64,000 nucleotides of DNA from a bacterium (GTDB taxonomy: Bacteria > UBA8248): the NCBI GenBank assembly GCA_965219955.1, contig OZ244799.1:1-64000 (forward strand), given 5' to 3'. The position numbers were made by a program, and so were the translations under genes. Positions 20,056 to 28,472 of the stretch are shown here, in pieces; within the stretch, counting starts at the first letter, position 1, and every line of letters starts with the position of its first letter. A model generated the notes under the pieces. It did no database searches and was not told the origin of the DNA. It saw nothing but the letters and a program-made list of their open reading frames with translations.

Positions 20056-21234
20056 ATGAGCGTTGTCGACATCCAGGTGGAAGGGCATTGCCACAGCGAT
20101 TTTTCATCCGTGGAAGAGACGTTCCGGGAGAACTTCGCGAGCCGGAGCGAGTTGGGGGCCGCCGTCTGCGTGTACCGGGACGGCGAGAAAGTCGTGGACC
20201 TGTGGGGAGGCCACCGCGACGAAGCCCGCACGCAGCCCTGGACGGAAGACACCATCGTACTCATGAGTTCCATCGCCAAGAGCATGAGCGCGCTCTCCGT
20301 CCACATGCTCGTGGACCGGGGGCTGGTTTCGCTGGAGGAGCCCGTGGCGCGGTACTGGCCGGAATTCGCCCAAAACGGCAAGGAGAACATACTGCTGAGG
20401 CACACCATCTCCCATCAGTGCGGCGTCATCTTCTGCGACGCGGCCAGGCCCGGCGACTTTTTCGACTACCCGGCCCAGGTGGCCGCTATCGCCGCGCAGG
20501 AACCCGCCTGGCCCGCGGGTTCGAAGGGCGCCTACAATTCCATCAACTTCGGTTTCATTCACGGCGAGATCGTCCGCCGGGTGAGCGGCAAGCGGATCCG
20601 CGACTTCATCCGGGAGGAGATTACTGGTCCGCTGGGTGCTGATTACAACGTCGGGCTGAACGAGGAAGAACTCGCGCGCGTCGCGCCCGTGCACCGCAAT
20701 CCCGAGAACAAGTTCTGGGAGATGGGAGAAAAGCCCGGCACGATGCTGCACAGGGCGTGGGGGAGCCGGCCGGTGGGCGTCGATCTGGTGAATTGCCGCG
20801 AGAACCGCGTGGGCGAGAACCCCTCCTCGGGCGGCCACGGGAACGCCCGCGCCATCGCCCGCGTGTACGCGATGCTGGCCGGCGGCGGGGAAATCGGCGG
20901 CGTCCGCCTGCTCCGGCCCGAAACGGTGGAGCGGCTCTCCAAGGTTCAGTGGGAGGGGAACTGCGCGATGACAGGCGCGCCCCGGCGGATGGGCTTGGGA
21001 TTCATGCACAACTGCCCGCCCAACTCGCCGATGGGACCCAACATGGAGGCCTTCGGCCACGGCGGCTCCGGCGGGGCGTTTACGTTCTGTGACCGGGAGC
21101 GGAACATGGCCTTCGGCTATTGCACCAACTTCCAGCCCGAGGGGAATCCTCCGGGAATCCGCGCCCGCTCCCTGGTCGCCGCCGCCTTCGGAAAAGCGCC
21201 GGAGTGGAAACCCGGGACGCCGGCGGAGATATAG
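20056..21234 (+). CDS. Serine hydrolase (beta-lactamase class C / family VIII esterase)
   Basis: SIAK (SxxK), VVDLWGG, GAYNS, PLG, AFGHGGSGG. Confidence 0.9.
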   Translation: MSVVDIQVEGHCHSDFSSVEETFRENFASRSELGAAVCVYRDGEKVVDLWGGHRDEARTQPWTEDTIVLMSSIAKSMSALSVHMLVDRGLVSLEEPVARYWPEFAQNGKENILLRHTISHQCGVIFCDAARPGDFFDYPAQVAAIAAQEPAWPAGSKGAYNSINFGFIHGEIVRRVSGKRIRDFIREEITGPLGADYNVGLNEEELARVAPVHRNPENKFWEMGEKPGTMLHRAWGSRPVGVDLVNCRENRVGENPSSGGHGNARAIARVYAMLAGGGEIGGVRLLRPETVERLSKVQWEGNCAMTGAPRRMGLGFMHNCPPNSPMGPNMEAFGHGGSGGAFTFCDRERNMAFGYCTNFQPEGNPPGIRARSLVAAAFGKAPEWKPGTPAEI

Positions 21235-21440
21235 CCTGTCCCTCGAAGCCGGGGTGTTCGGGTAATTCGTTAGCGAGGGGTGATTCCTGAGTCCAGCCGA
21301 AAATTTCTGATTCGATACGGGAGGTCAACGCCGTTGCTCTCTTTTGCGCAATCGGAATACACAAAGCAAGAACGCATGAAGCTCTGCCGGTTTACCCCGT
21401 ATTCAAGCAAGTGGCGGGGAACAGCCTCGAAGATTTCATA

Positions 21441-22649
21441 TCATCTAAAGAAACTTTCGGCGGGAGCTACGCCTAGTTCAAGCGCCTTTCTCAGCCAGTA
21501 TGAGCCCATATTTTCCTGATGCTTATAGTATCCCATAAAATATATAGCGCTAGGCTCACCCCGCTTGGCTGCTTCTTCGACCCACTTGTGGCAATCGGGG
21601 AAAGGACTCTTCATATTTCTTTTTTTCATGCAATGCATGCTCGTAAAATATTGAGCCGGAGCAAATCCTTTTTCTGCGGCTTGTTGTATATATGTAGTTG
21701 CCTGATGAGAATTTTCCCTTTGTTCGTCGGTCAAATAATCCCAATACTGGTATTGGGCTATCGTGTTGCCTTCCCGGGCTCGTTGCTCCAGGTGTTCCCA
21801 GCCTTTTCGGAGGCAGGGAGATAGCCGGTAGTGTTGGAAGCAAAGGACTCTCTCCTCACCTTTCAAGAAGTCCTTTAACCGCTCTAATTTAATTCCGGAA
21901 GCGATATTATACTCCGCTGCCACTGTGATCCCCACCAGTTGTCCCCGCCTGTTTAGAATAGGGCCGCCGCTGCTTCCAGCAAGAGCATCACTTTTACGTC
22001 CGAACTTTTTATCCACAACGATAACAAAAATATACGAGAAGATATCATTGTAGGATGTCTCACTGATTTGGTTGATTTCGTGAAAAACTCCCTTCGGGTA
22101 TCCTATCAAGGTGAGTTGGTTGAGTTGGCTCGGAGAGGAGTTAGGCGCCCCTCCCAGGTAATCTCCAACCTGCTCATATGTTTGAATGAGAGCCAGGTCA
22201 TACACGTATGAAAAGCTATGCACTTTTTTCACCTTCAGTTGCCGGTGGTTTCCCTTTTGGGAGAGCCTGATTTGAAACAGGAACGTTTCTCCCATTCCCA
22301 TGCCGCGTAAAACGTGGGCATTGGTGACAAAGAGGTCGGGCTTGATGGCGAAGGCTGTTCCCCGGTTGTGGGTTGACCTGTCTCCGAAGGCCTCTCCCGG
22401 TTGTATGTTGTGGATCTTCCATACGGCGAGATGGGCCCTGTCGAGAGACTGTACAATCCCATGTTCATCGGCGCCGGCCGACAGTGGCAGGCTCAAAAGA
22501 GCAGCTACAAGAAAAGAGAGGGCTTTTGGGGTGAAAGCTCCTATCCACCGCACAGGTGCGTTCCGCACTTTTATCTTGACGATGCGCCTTATTTCCTCTC
22601 CATGACAGCTTCCTTCTCCCCCGTTGTCATGCTCCTCCGCCGTCGTCAT
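21441..22649 (-). CDS. Trypsin-like serine protease with C-terminal Sel1-like repeats
   Basis: TNAHV, DLALI and GSSGGP catalytic triad; AREGNTIAQY, AAEKGFAPAQY, AAKRGEPSAIY repeats; lower GC; start uncertain (22649 or 22703). Confidence 0.8.
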   Translation of the reverse strand: MTTAEEHDNGGEGSCHGEEIRRIVKIKVRNAPVRWIGAFTPKALSFLVAALLSLPLSAGADEHGIVQSLDRAHLAVWKIHNIQPGEAFGDRSTHNRGTAFAIKPDLFVTNAHVLRGMGMGETFLFQIRLSQKGNHRQLKVKKVHSFSYVYDLALIQTYEQVGDYLGGAPNSSPSQLNQLTLIGYPKGVFHEINQISETSYNDIFSYIFVIVVDKKFGRKSDALAGSSGGPILNRRGQLVGITVAAEYNIASGIKLERLKDFLKGEERVLCFQHYRLSPCLRKGWEHLEQRAREGNTIAQYQYWDYLTDEQRENSHQATTYIQQAAEKGFAPAQYFTSMHCMKKRNMKSPFPDCHKWVEEAAKRGEPSAIYFMGYYKHQENMGSYWLRKALELGVAPAESFFR

Positions 22650-22882
22650 GGCTGGACCCCCTTTTGTCTTCCGGGAACTCTCCCGCCTTTTGAATGTAAT
22701 CATTTAGAATGCAATCGAATTGAATTAAATTATATCAAATTATTTACATTCAAACAAATTTTTTATGCTGACGTAAAGCAAGCGTCCCGGAAAGACGCTT
22801 CCCTGTCGGGCCGCGTTTTGCCGCATGATGGAAAAGGGGGGAGCTGCGAACTGAAAAATATGCCGTTCCGGATTGCCGCGTT

Positions 22883-24115
22883 CTAGATAACGCCGTCTTG
22901 TTTGAGCCTGTCGATCTCTTCTTTCGAGAGACCGAGCAGGCCGCCGAGAATCTCCTCGTTGTGCTGGCCGCTCAGCGGAGCGGGAGCTTCGTAGCCGCCG
23001 GGGGTTTTGCTGAATTTCAAGGGAAAAGCGGCCGTCTTGATTTCGCTGAGATTTCCCAGCGCGGGGTGGGGGAGGTCTTCGATCATGCCCCGCGCCTTGA
23101 GATGCGGCCAGGCGAGGATGTCCCGGATGGTGTGGACGGGCCCGCAGATGACGTCGAAACGGCGAAGTGCGGAGAGCGCCTCTTCGACGGTGTGTTTTTT
23201 CGTCCATTCGGTGATGACGGCGTCCACCTCGTCGTTGTGCGTGATGCGGCCGCTCAGGTCCGCATAACGCGCGTCGCCCACCAGCTCCTCGCGCCCCACG
23301 GCGCGCAGGATGTTGTTCCAGTGCTCATCGGTGCCCGAGCCGACCACCAGCCAGCCGTCGCTGGCCGGATATGCGTTGAAAGGCGATAGGCGCATGATGC
23401 GGTTCCCCAGCCGCTCGGGCAGCCCCAGCGCCTCGTAGCAGTCCATCGGCTCATCGAAAACGAGCGATAAGAGGCAGTCCACCATGGAGACGTCCAGCCA
23501 CTGGCCCTCGCCCGTGCGCTCGCGGTGTAAGAGCGCGGTGGTGATGGCGCCGTAGGCGAAGGTGCCCCCGATGCTGTCCGCGATGGCGGAGCCCGCCTTG
23601 GTGGGGGGGCCGTCGGGGAAGCCGGTGAGGTTCATGAGGCCCGAAACGGCCTGGGTGACGGCGTCGTAGCCCTTGAGCCGCGCGTCGGGGCCGCTTTGCC
23701 CATAGCCGGTGATGGAGCAGTAGACGAGCCTGGGGTTTCGTTTTTCGAGCGTTTCGTAGTCGATCTTGAGCCTTTTCGTTACGCCCACCGAGAAGTTCTC
23801 GACGAGCACGTCGGCCTCATCCACGAGGCGGTAGAACAGGTCCAGCCCGCGCGGCTCCTTCAAGTTCAAGGTCAGGGATTTCTTGTCCCGGGTCCGCTTC
23901 AGGTAAGCGACCCCCAAGTCGTCCTCGGTTTGCTTGTGGAAGGACACGCCTTCGGGGCCGGCGTAGGGAGGCCCCATAGCCACCACGTCGCCCGTGGCCG
24001 GGTGGTTCACCTTGATGACTTCCGCTCCCAGGCCCGCGAGCAGGAGCGTCGTCCAGGGCCCCGAGTAGAACTGGGTCAGGTCCAGAACTCGGAATCCTTC
24101 GAGCGGTTTCGGCAT
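22883..24115 (-). CDS. Class III CoA-transferase (CaiB/BaiF)
   Basis: PLEGFRVLDL, LGAEVIKV, KKSLTLNLK, ADVLVENF, SITGYGQSGP, GYD. Confidence 0.93.
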   Translation of the reverse strand: MPKPLEGFRVLDLTQFYSGPWTTLLLAGLGAEVIKVNHPATGDVVAMGPPYAGPEGVSFHKQTEDDLGVAYLKRTRDKKSLTLNLKEPRGLDLFYRLVDEADVLVENFSVGVTKRLKIDYETLEKRNPRLVYCSITGYGQSGPDARLKGYDAVTQAVSGLMNLTGFPDGPPTKAGSAIADSIGGTFAYGAITTALLHRERTGEGQWLDVSMVDCLLSLVFDEPMDCYEALGLPERLGNRIMRLSPFNAYPASDGWLVVGSGTDEHWNNILRAVGREELVGDARYADLSGRITHNDEVDAVITEWTKKHTVEEALSALRRFDVICGPVHTIRDILAWPHLKARGMIEDLPHPALGNLSEIKTAAFPLKFSKTPGGYEAPAPLSGQHNEEILGGLLGLSKEEIDRLKQDGVI

Positions 24116-24145
24116 GAGAGGCTCCTTGGTCTGATATCAACCCGC

Positions 24146-24365
24146 CGTCATTCCGGCGAAAGCCGGAATCCATTCTCAGGCAGAATGGCAATACTCCGGT
24201 TTTACATCTCCCCGTCATTGGGGGGAAGCAATCAGATAGTTAAAAAACAAAGGCAAAAAATGGATTCCGCAAACCCTCCCGCATTGGTCGGGTCTGACAC
24301 CGGAATGACGAACCAGAAAACGGATAGACCGCCTTTGGCAGGGACAGGTCGCGACCTGTCCCTAC
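24146..24365. repeat. REP-like palindromes (CGTC and GTAG types)
   Basis: cgtcattccggcgaaagccggaatcc, partner ggattcc...ccggaatgacg, and gggacaggtcgcgacctgtccctac. Confidence 0.75.
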
Positions 24366-24412
24366 GGCTGAGCAATCAGCTTCCATGCGGCTCGCCGTTG
24401 TTTTCCGTTTCG

Positions 24413-25285
24413 TTATGGCACAACTGGAAGTGGTTGACCGTCCCCGCCGTTCGTTGCCGCTTTCTCTTTCACGCGGCGCGCCTCGTCCATCGGGCACAGG
24501 GTGATGCAGGTCGCGCACATGTGCGGCGCGTTTTCGGTGAAGGCCATCATGCGCCCGGCGAGCTGGAGTTCGGGGTAGCCGTAGCGCTTCCTGAAGACGT
24601 CGACGGCCTTCTCCGGCGAGACTTTTTGGGGATACATCACCATGCACTTGTAGTGATCCACCGCGCCGTCTCCGGGCAGCGCGCCCGCCGGGCAGGGCTT
24701 GATGCACTTGTAGCCGCACTCCACGCAGAAATCGGGCACCACGCCGTATCGTTTGGGCGGGTCGGGTTCGAGCGCGGCGGTCGTGACGACCGCTCCGAGT
24801 CTCAGGCGCGAGCCGTATTCGGCGGTGATCAGGTTGTTGTTCACGCCGATTTCGCCCATGCCCGCGTTCACCGCGGCGAGCCTGAGATCGAAGGAACCCT
24901 GCATGAAGACTTCCGGTTCCGCGCCTTCGCGCAGGATGCGGAGCGAGGGGATGTCCCTGCCTGCGGGCGTGGGCAGCGCCATGTACCCTTGATCCTCCAA
25001 CCAGAGCGCCAGGCGGTATGAGAGCTTGTTGATCCAGGCCTCGTGCCCGTAATAGCCGAATTCCAGATAACCCACCGAAGGCCTGGGCGTCGCGTTGCCG
25101 AAGGGCATCCGGCGCGCGAAGACGACGACGCTCCCCGCGTCTTTCACCAGGTCTCCGGGCTTGCAGCCCGGCAGCGCTTTCTCGTAACCCTCGCACGAGG
25201 AAATGTTGACGAGGTCCGCGCCGAATTCACGGGCCTGCGCCTTGACGTCGGCCGAGGTAACCCCGGCGCCTTTGCCGTTTTCCAT
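24413..25285 (-). CDS. QueG/reductive-dehalogenase-like cobalamin and 2x[4Fe-4S] protein (copy 2)
   Basis: FGADLV, AAVNAGMGEIG.NN.LIT.EYGSRLRL, FCVECGYKCIKPCP, CATCITLCP. Confidence 0.8.
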   Translation of the reverse strand: MENGKGAGVTSADVKAQAREFGADLVNISSCEGYEKALPGCKPGDLVKDAGSVVVFARRMPFGNATPRPSVGYLEFGYYGHEAWINKLSYRLALWLEDQGYMALPTPAGRDIPSLRILREGAEPEVFMQGSFDLRLAAVNAGMGEIGVNNNLITAEYGSRLRLGAVVTTAALEPDPPKRYGVVPDFCVECGYKCIKPCPAGALPGDGAVDHYKCMVMYPQKVSPEKAVDVFRKRYGYPELQLAGRMMAFTENAPHMCATCITLCPMDEARRVKEKAATNGGDGQPLPVVP

Positions 25286-25286
25286 C

Positions 25287-26189
25287 CTAGGGATTCTCCA
25301 GTAGCCCCGGGTCGATGACCTTGAGCGCGTCTTCGTCTGACCAGGATTCGCGGTGAAAGGGTTTGTTCGCGAAATCGCGGCCCTGATCCATCGGGCAGAG
25401 CGCGATGCAGGTGCTGCATGGGTGCGGCGGACTGTCGGTGTAGGAGAGGCCCTTGGCCGCCATGATCATGGGCTTGCCCCGGAAGAGTCCTTTGAAATGG
25501 GTGAGGGCTTTTTCCGGCGCGACCAGGTCCGGCCGGATGACCATGCAGCGGTAGTGATCCACGGTGCCGTCGCCCGGGAGCGCGCTCGCGGGGCAGGCCT
25601 CCACGCAGCGGAAGCCGCATTCACGGCAGAACTCGGGGATCGCGCCGAACTGGTTGGGCGGGTCTGGCTCGAGCTTCGCCTCGGTGAACACCGCGCCCAG
25701 GCGGACGCGGGAGCCGTACTCCTGCGTGATGAGACAGTTGTTGGCTCCGATATGCCCGAGACCGGCCTTGACCGCCGCGAGCCGCAAATCGAAGGAGCCC
25801 TGGAGGAAGACCCTGGGCTCGGCGCCTTCTTCCTCGACGCGAAAGCTCGTGATGTCGCGCCCGCACGGGGTGGCGCCCGAGAGCCAGCCCATGTCTTCGA
25901 GATGAAGCGAGAGGCGGTAGCAGGCTTCGTTCAGGAAATTCTCGGGGATGTATTCGCCGAATTCCATCGCGCCGATGCTCGGGTACGGCGTGGCCGCGGC
26001 GAAGGGGATGCGCTTGGCCACGACGACGACGCTGTTCGCCATGGGGAAGAGGTCCCTGGGGCGGCGGCCCGGCTGCGCTTCCGCGAAATCCTCCGCCGAC
26101 GCGACCCCCGCGAGGTCTGCGCCCATCTCCCGGCTGAGGCGCTTCACGTCCCGGGCGTCCAGGGATTTTCGGGCGTCGGTTTTGCTCAT
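25287..26189 (-). CDS. QueG/reductive-dehalogenase-like cobalamin and 2x[4Fe-4S] protein (copy 1)
   Basis: MGADLAG, AAVKAGLGHIG.NN.LITQEYGSRVRL, FCRECGFRCVEACP, CSTCIALCP; ATG26189 by alignment with paralog. Confidence 0.8.
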   Translation of the reverse strand: MSKTDARKSLDARDVKRLSREMGADLAGVASAEDFAEAQPGRRPRDLFPMANSVVVVAKRIPFAAATPYPSIGAMEFGEYIPENFLNEACYRLSLHLEDMGWLSGATPCGRDITSFRVEEEGAEPRVFLQGSFDLRLAAVKAGLGHIGANNCLITQEYGSRVRLGAVFTEAKLEPDPPNQFGAIPEFCRECGFRCVEACPASALPGDGTVDHYRCMVIRPDLVAPEKALTHFKGLFRGKPMIMAAKGLSYTDSPPHPCSTCIALCPMDQGRDFANKPFHRESWSDEDALKVIDPGLLENP

Positions 26190-26814
26190 GTCGGAAACCT
26201 CGGGTTTCCAGCGCCTGAATCTGTGCGGCGGCGTGAAACGGCTCGTCCTCTCATGAAATCCATTTTCGCCGAAAATTATGGTTCGAGAGTATGAAATGAA
26301 TCTATCACAGCGGTGCGATGAGGCAAAATCACCTCGTTTGTTCGCTTGATGACCATCAAGCGAGTGATGAGGCAGCGGCTTCGATTCGAGGGTATCCTTC
26401 CCGCTGATTCGGGACATGGGGATATCGGGACTGAAGCGTCGACGGCGAAACAAGAGGGCCTCGTGCTCCATTCCCCATTCCGCCCGGGAGGGGTATGGGC
26501 ATTTTCGGATGTGCGGGTTCCGCGCCCCGGCGGTGTCGTCCGAACGCCTGGCCGTTCGCCCGGAAATCTCTTCGGCCACAGTTTCCCCTCTTTTTGCAAT
26601 CGGGATGAGGCGGCCTTTCTCGCCCGGTCCATTCTCTCGCATTGGCCGGGAGCGATCCCGTGTTTGCGGTGGCGGGTTTTGGGGGCGGTGGGGCGAGATC
26701 GAAAAGCCGTCCTGCGGCCCCCGGCTTCCAGGTGGCGGAGCGAGTGCTGATCGCTGAAACAGGGGAGCCGGTCGGCCATGCGCAGGACCTGGGTAATGCA
26801 AAAAATAATATCTG

Positions 26815-27155
26815 AAAAATTGGATAAAATCAGATAAATTCACGATGTATTTCGATAAATAAACGATAAATTTCGAGGGGAAATGCGCGCAAATGCGGGC
26901 GGATGCGCATGTGAAAATCAATTGTGACGGCCAGATTCCGCCGCCGCCACAGTTGAGCGCAGGGGGATTCTGCCATGTCCCCCGCCTGACGCGGCGACGG
27001 AAAATGCGCGGATTTGCGGGAAGATGCGGGGATAACGGGCGGAAATTACGCGGGTCGGCGGTTTCATCGTAGAATCGGGGCGGTTTTCTCCCGGGGGAGC
27101 GCCATGAACGTATCCAGGCGCCAGCTATTGCGGATTGCGGGGCGAGTCGCGCCCC
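26815..27155 (+). repeat. Diverged inverted copy of the upstream region and first ~17 codons of the 39577-40659 molybdoenzyme gene
   Basis: ATG27104 encodes MNVSRRQLLRIAGRVAP (gene: MNVSRRQLLRIAGRIAP); upstream DNA aligns with the reverse complement of ~40608-40905. Confidence 0.85.
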
Positions 27156-27204
27156 GGGGTGCGGGGGATAGCATTAACCGGTTGAATTTTATATGGTTAC
27201 GGGA

Positions 27205-28452
27205 TCACTCGATGACGACGTGCTCGCGGACGGGCTCGCCCAGGTGCGCCATTCCCGTCTCGGTGACGAGGACGGTATATTCCGCGTGCACGCCGCCCTC
27301 CCCGAATTTCCCCGATGGCAACTCCACAGAGAGCACCGCCCCCGCGGGCAGGGAAATGTCTGAATTTTCAGGCAAAAACGGATCGTCGAGCTTCACGGGT
27401 TCGCTCAGCGTATAGGGCAACTCGCGCGCCTCGATGCCTATCGTGTGTCCGCAGAAAGCGCCGTTGTAGCGCGGCAGGCCCGATTTTTTCGCCGCCGCCA
27501 CCGCCGCGCGAAAAATCTCGGATGGCTTCACCCCCGCCCTGATCACGCCGAAAGCGGCCTCCAATCCCGCCTGGATGGCGTTCCACTGCGCCTTGCGCTC
27601 CGCGCTCGGCTCGCCGAACGAACCGCAGCAGCCCACATCCGCGCAGTAATGGTTCAGCCGCATGCCGGCATCGAAGAAAAAGCCGTCCCCAGGCTCGAAT
27701 TTTCTATCTGAGGGCGGAAAAATCGAGGCCGAACGCCTGCCGCCGGCGAGATGGAACCAACTCCACTTACCTCCTCCCGCGGCCACGGTGCGATAATAGT
27801 GACTCGCCACTTCGCGCTCGGTTCGTTCTGCGGCCATCTCCTTGTGGAACGCGACGACGGCCTCTTCGTTCAAAAGCGCCGCGGCGCGCATGCGCTCGAG
27901 TTCTTCCGGCGTCTTTTGGAGACGAATCAGGCGAAATAGATTCGAGGCATCCAGGAAAGACATATCTGGTAATGCCGTTTCCACAGCACTGCGCGTGCCC
28001 GGGCGGATTCCCTCGTTATCGAGGGCCACTCTCCCGCTCGACAGGCCTCGCTCCCGCAAAAGTCTAAGGAGGGCACTGGTAATATTCCCCTCGCGCGGGG
28101 CGTCTTCGGCGATGAGAGAAATATAATTTCTCTCCTCTTCGGTCGCTCCCGTCTCGCCGGGCGCCATATCGAGCGCCGAGCGGGGACCATAGCCCCTTAC
28201 GTCCTCAATCCACGAGCCCGTCGCCGCGTAGTATGTCTCGTCCTGCCGGGAGAGTATCAACCCCGGCGGAGAGGCCTGATCCCGGAAAAACAGCGCGAAG
28301 GTCTCCGTCGTCGCATCGCCGTAGGTATATTGCGCCCAGCCCTGAAAACCCGAGAGGTACAAGACGTTGTGCCGTGTCGTTGCTATCAGCGCGTCGAGAT
28401 CGAACCTCTCCATGAACTCGAGCGCGCGTTCTTTATGAAAAAGCATGAACAT
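27205..28452 (-). CDS. M24 (Xaa-Pro peptidase/creatinase) family protein
   Basis: LDALI..NVLYLSG, RLQKTPEEL, DAG...Y.AD, GHTIG, VELP, HAEYTVLVT. Confidence 0.88.
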   Translation of the reverse strand: MFMLFHKERALEFMERFDLDALIATTRHNVLYLSGFQGWAQYTYGDATTETFALFFRDQASPPGLILSRQDETYYAATGSWIEDVRGYGPRSALDMAPGETGATEEERNYISLIAEDAPREGNITSALLRLLRERGLSSGRVALDNEGIRPGTRSAVETALPDMSFLDASNLFRLIRLQKTPEELERMRAAALLNEEAVVAFHKEMAAERTEREVASHYYRTVAAGGGKWSWFHLAGGRRSASIFPPSDRKFEPGDGFFFDAGMRLNHYCADVGCCGSFGEPSAERKAQWNAIQAGLEAAFGVIRAGVKPSEIFRAAVAAAKKSGLPRYNGAFCGHTIGIEARELPYTLSEPVKLDDPFLPENSDISLPAGAVLSVELPSGKFGEGGVHAEYTVLVTETGMAHLGEPVREHVVIE

Positions 28453-28472
28453 CCTCTAAGTAGAATAGTGAA

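Noticed and set aside
20056-21234. Antibiotic-resistance beta-lactamase
   Set aside because: Motif pattern and lack of a signal peptide fit cytoplasmic family VIII esterases; no evidence for resistance
26190-26921. N-terminal 244-aa extension of the 544-aa ORF
   Set aside because: Low-complexity translation of intergenic DNA; homology with the adjacent paralog begins at ATG26189
27014-27415. 133-aa ORF with a Tat motif as a real gene
   Set aside because: Only ~17 codons match the molybdoenzyme leader; the rest is antisense to the M24 peptidase, so it is treated as a duplication remnant
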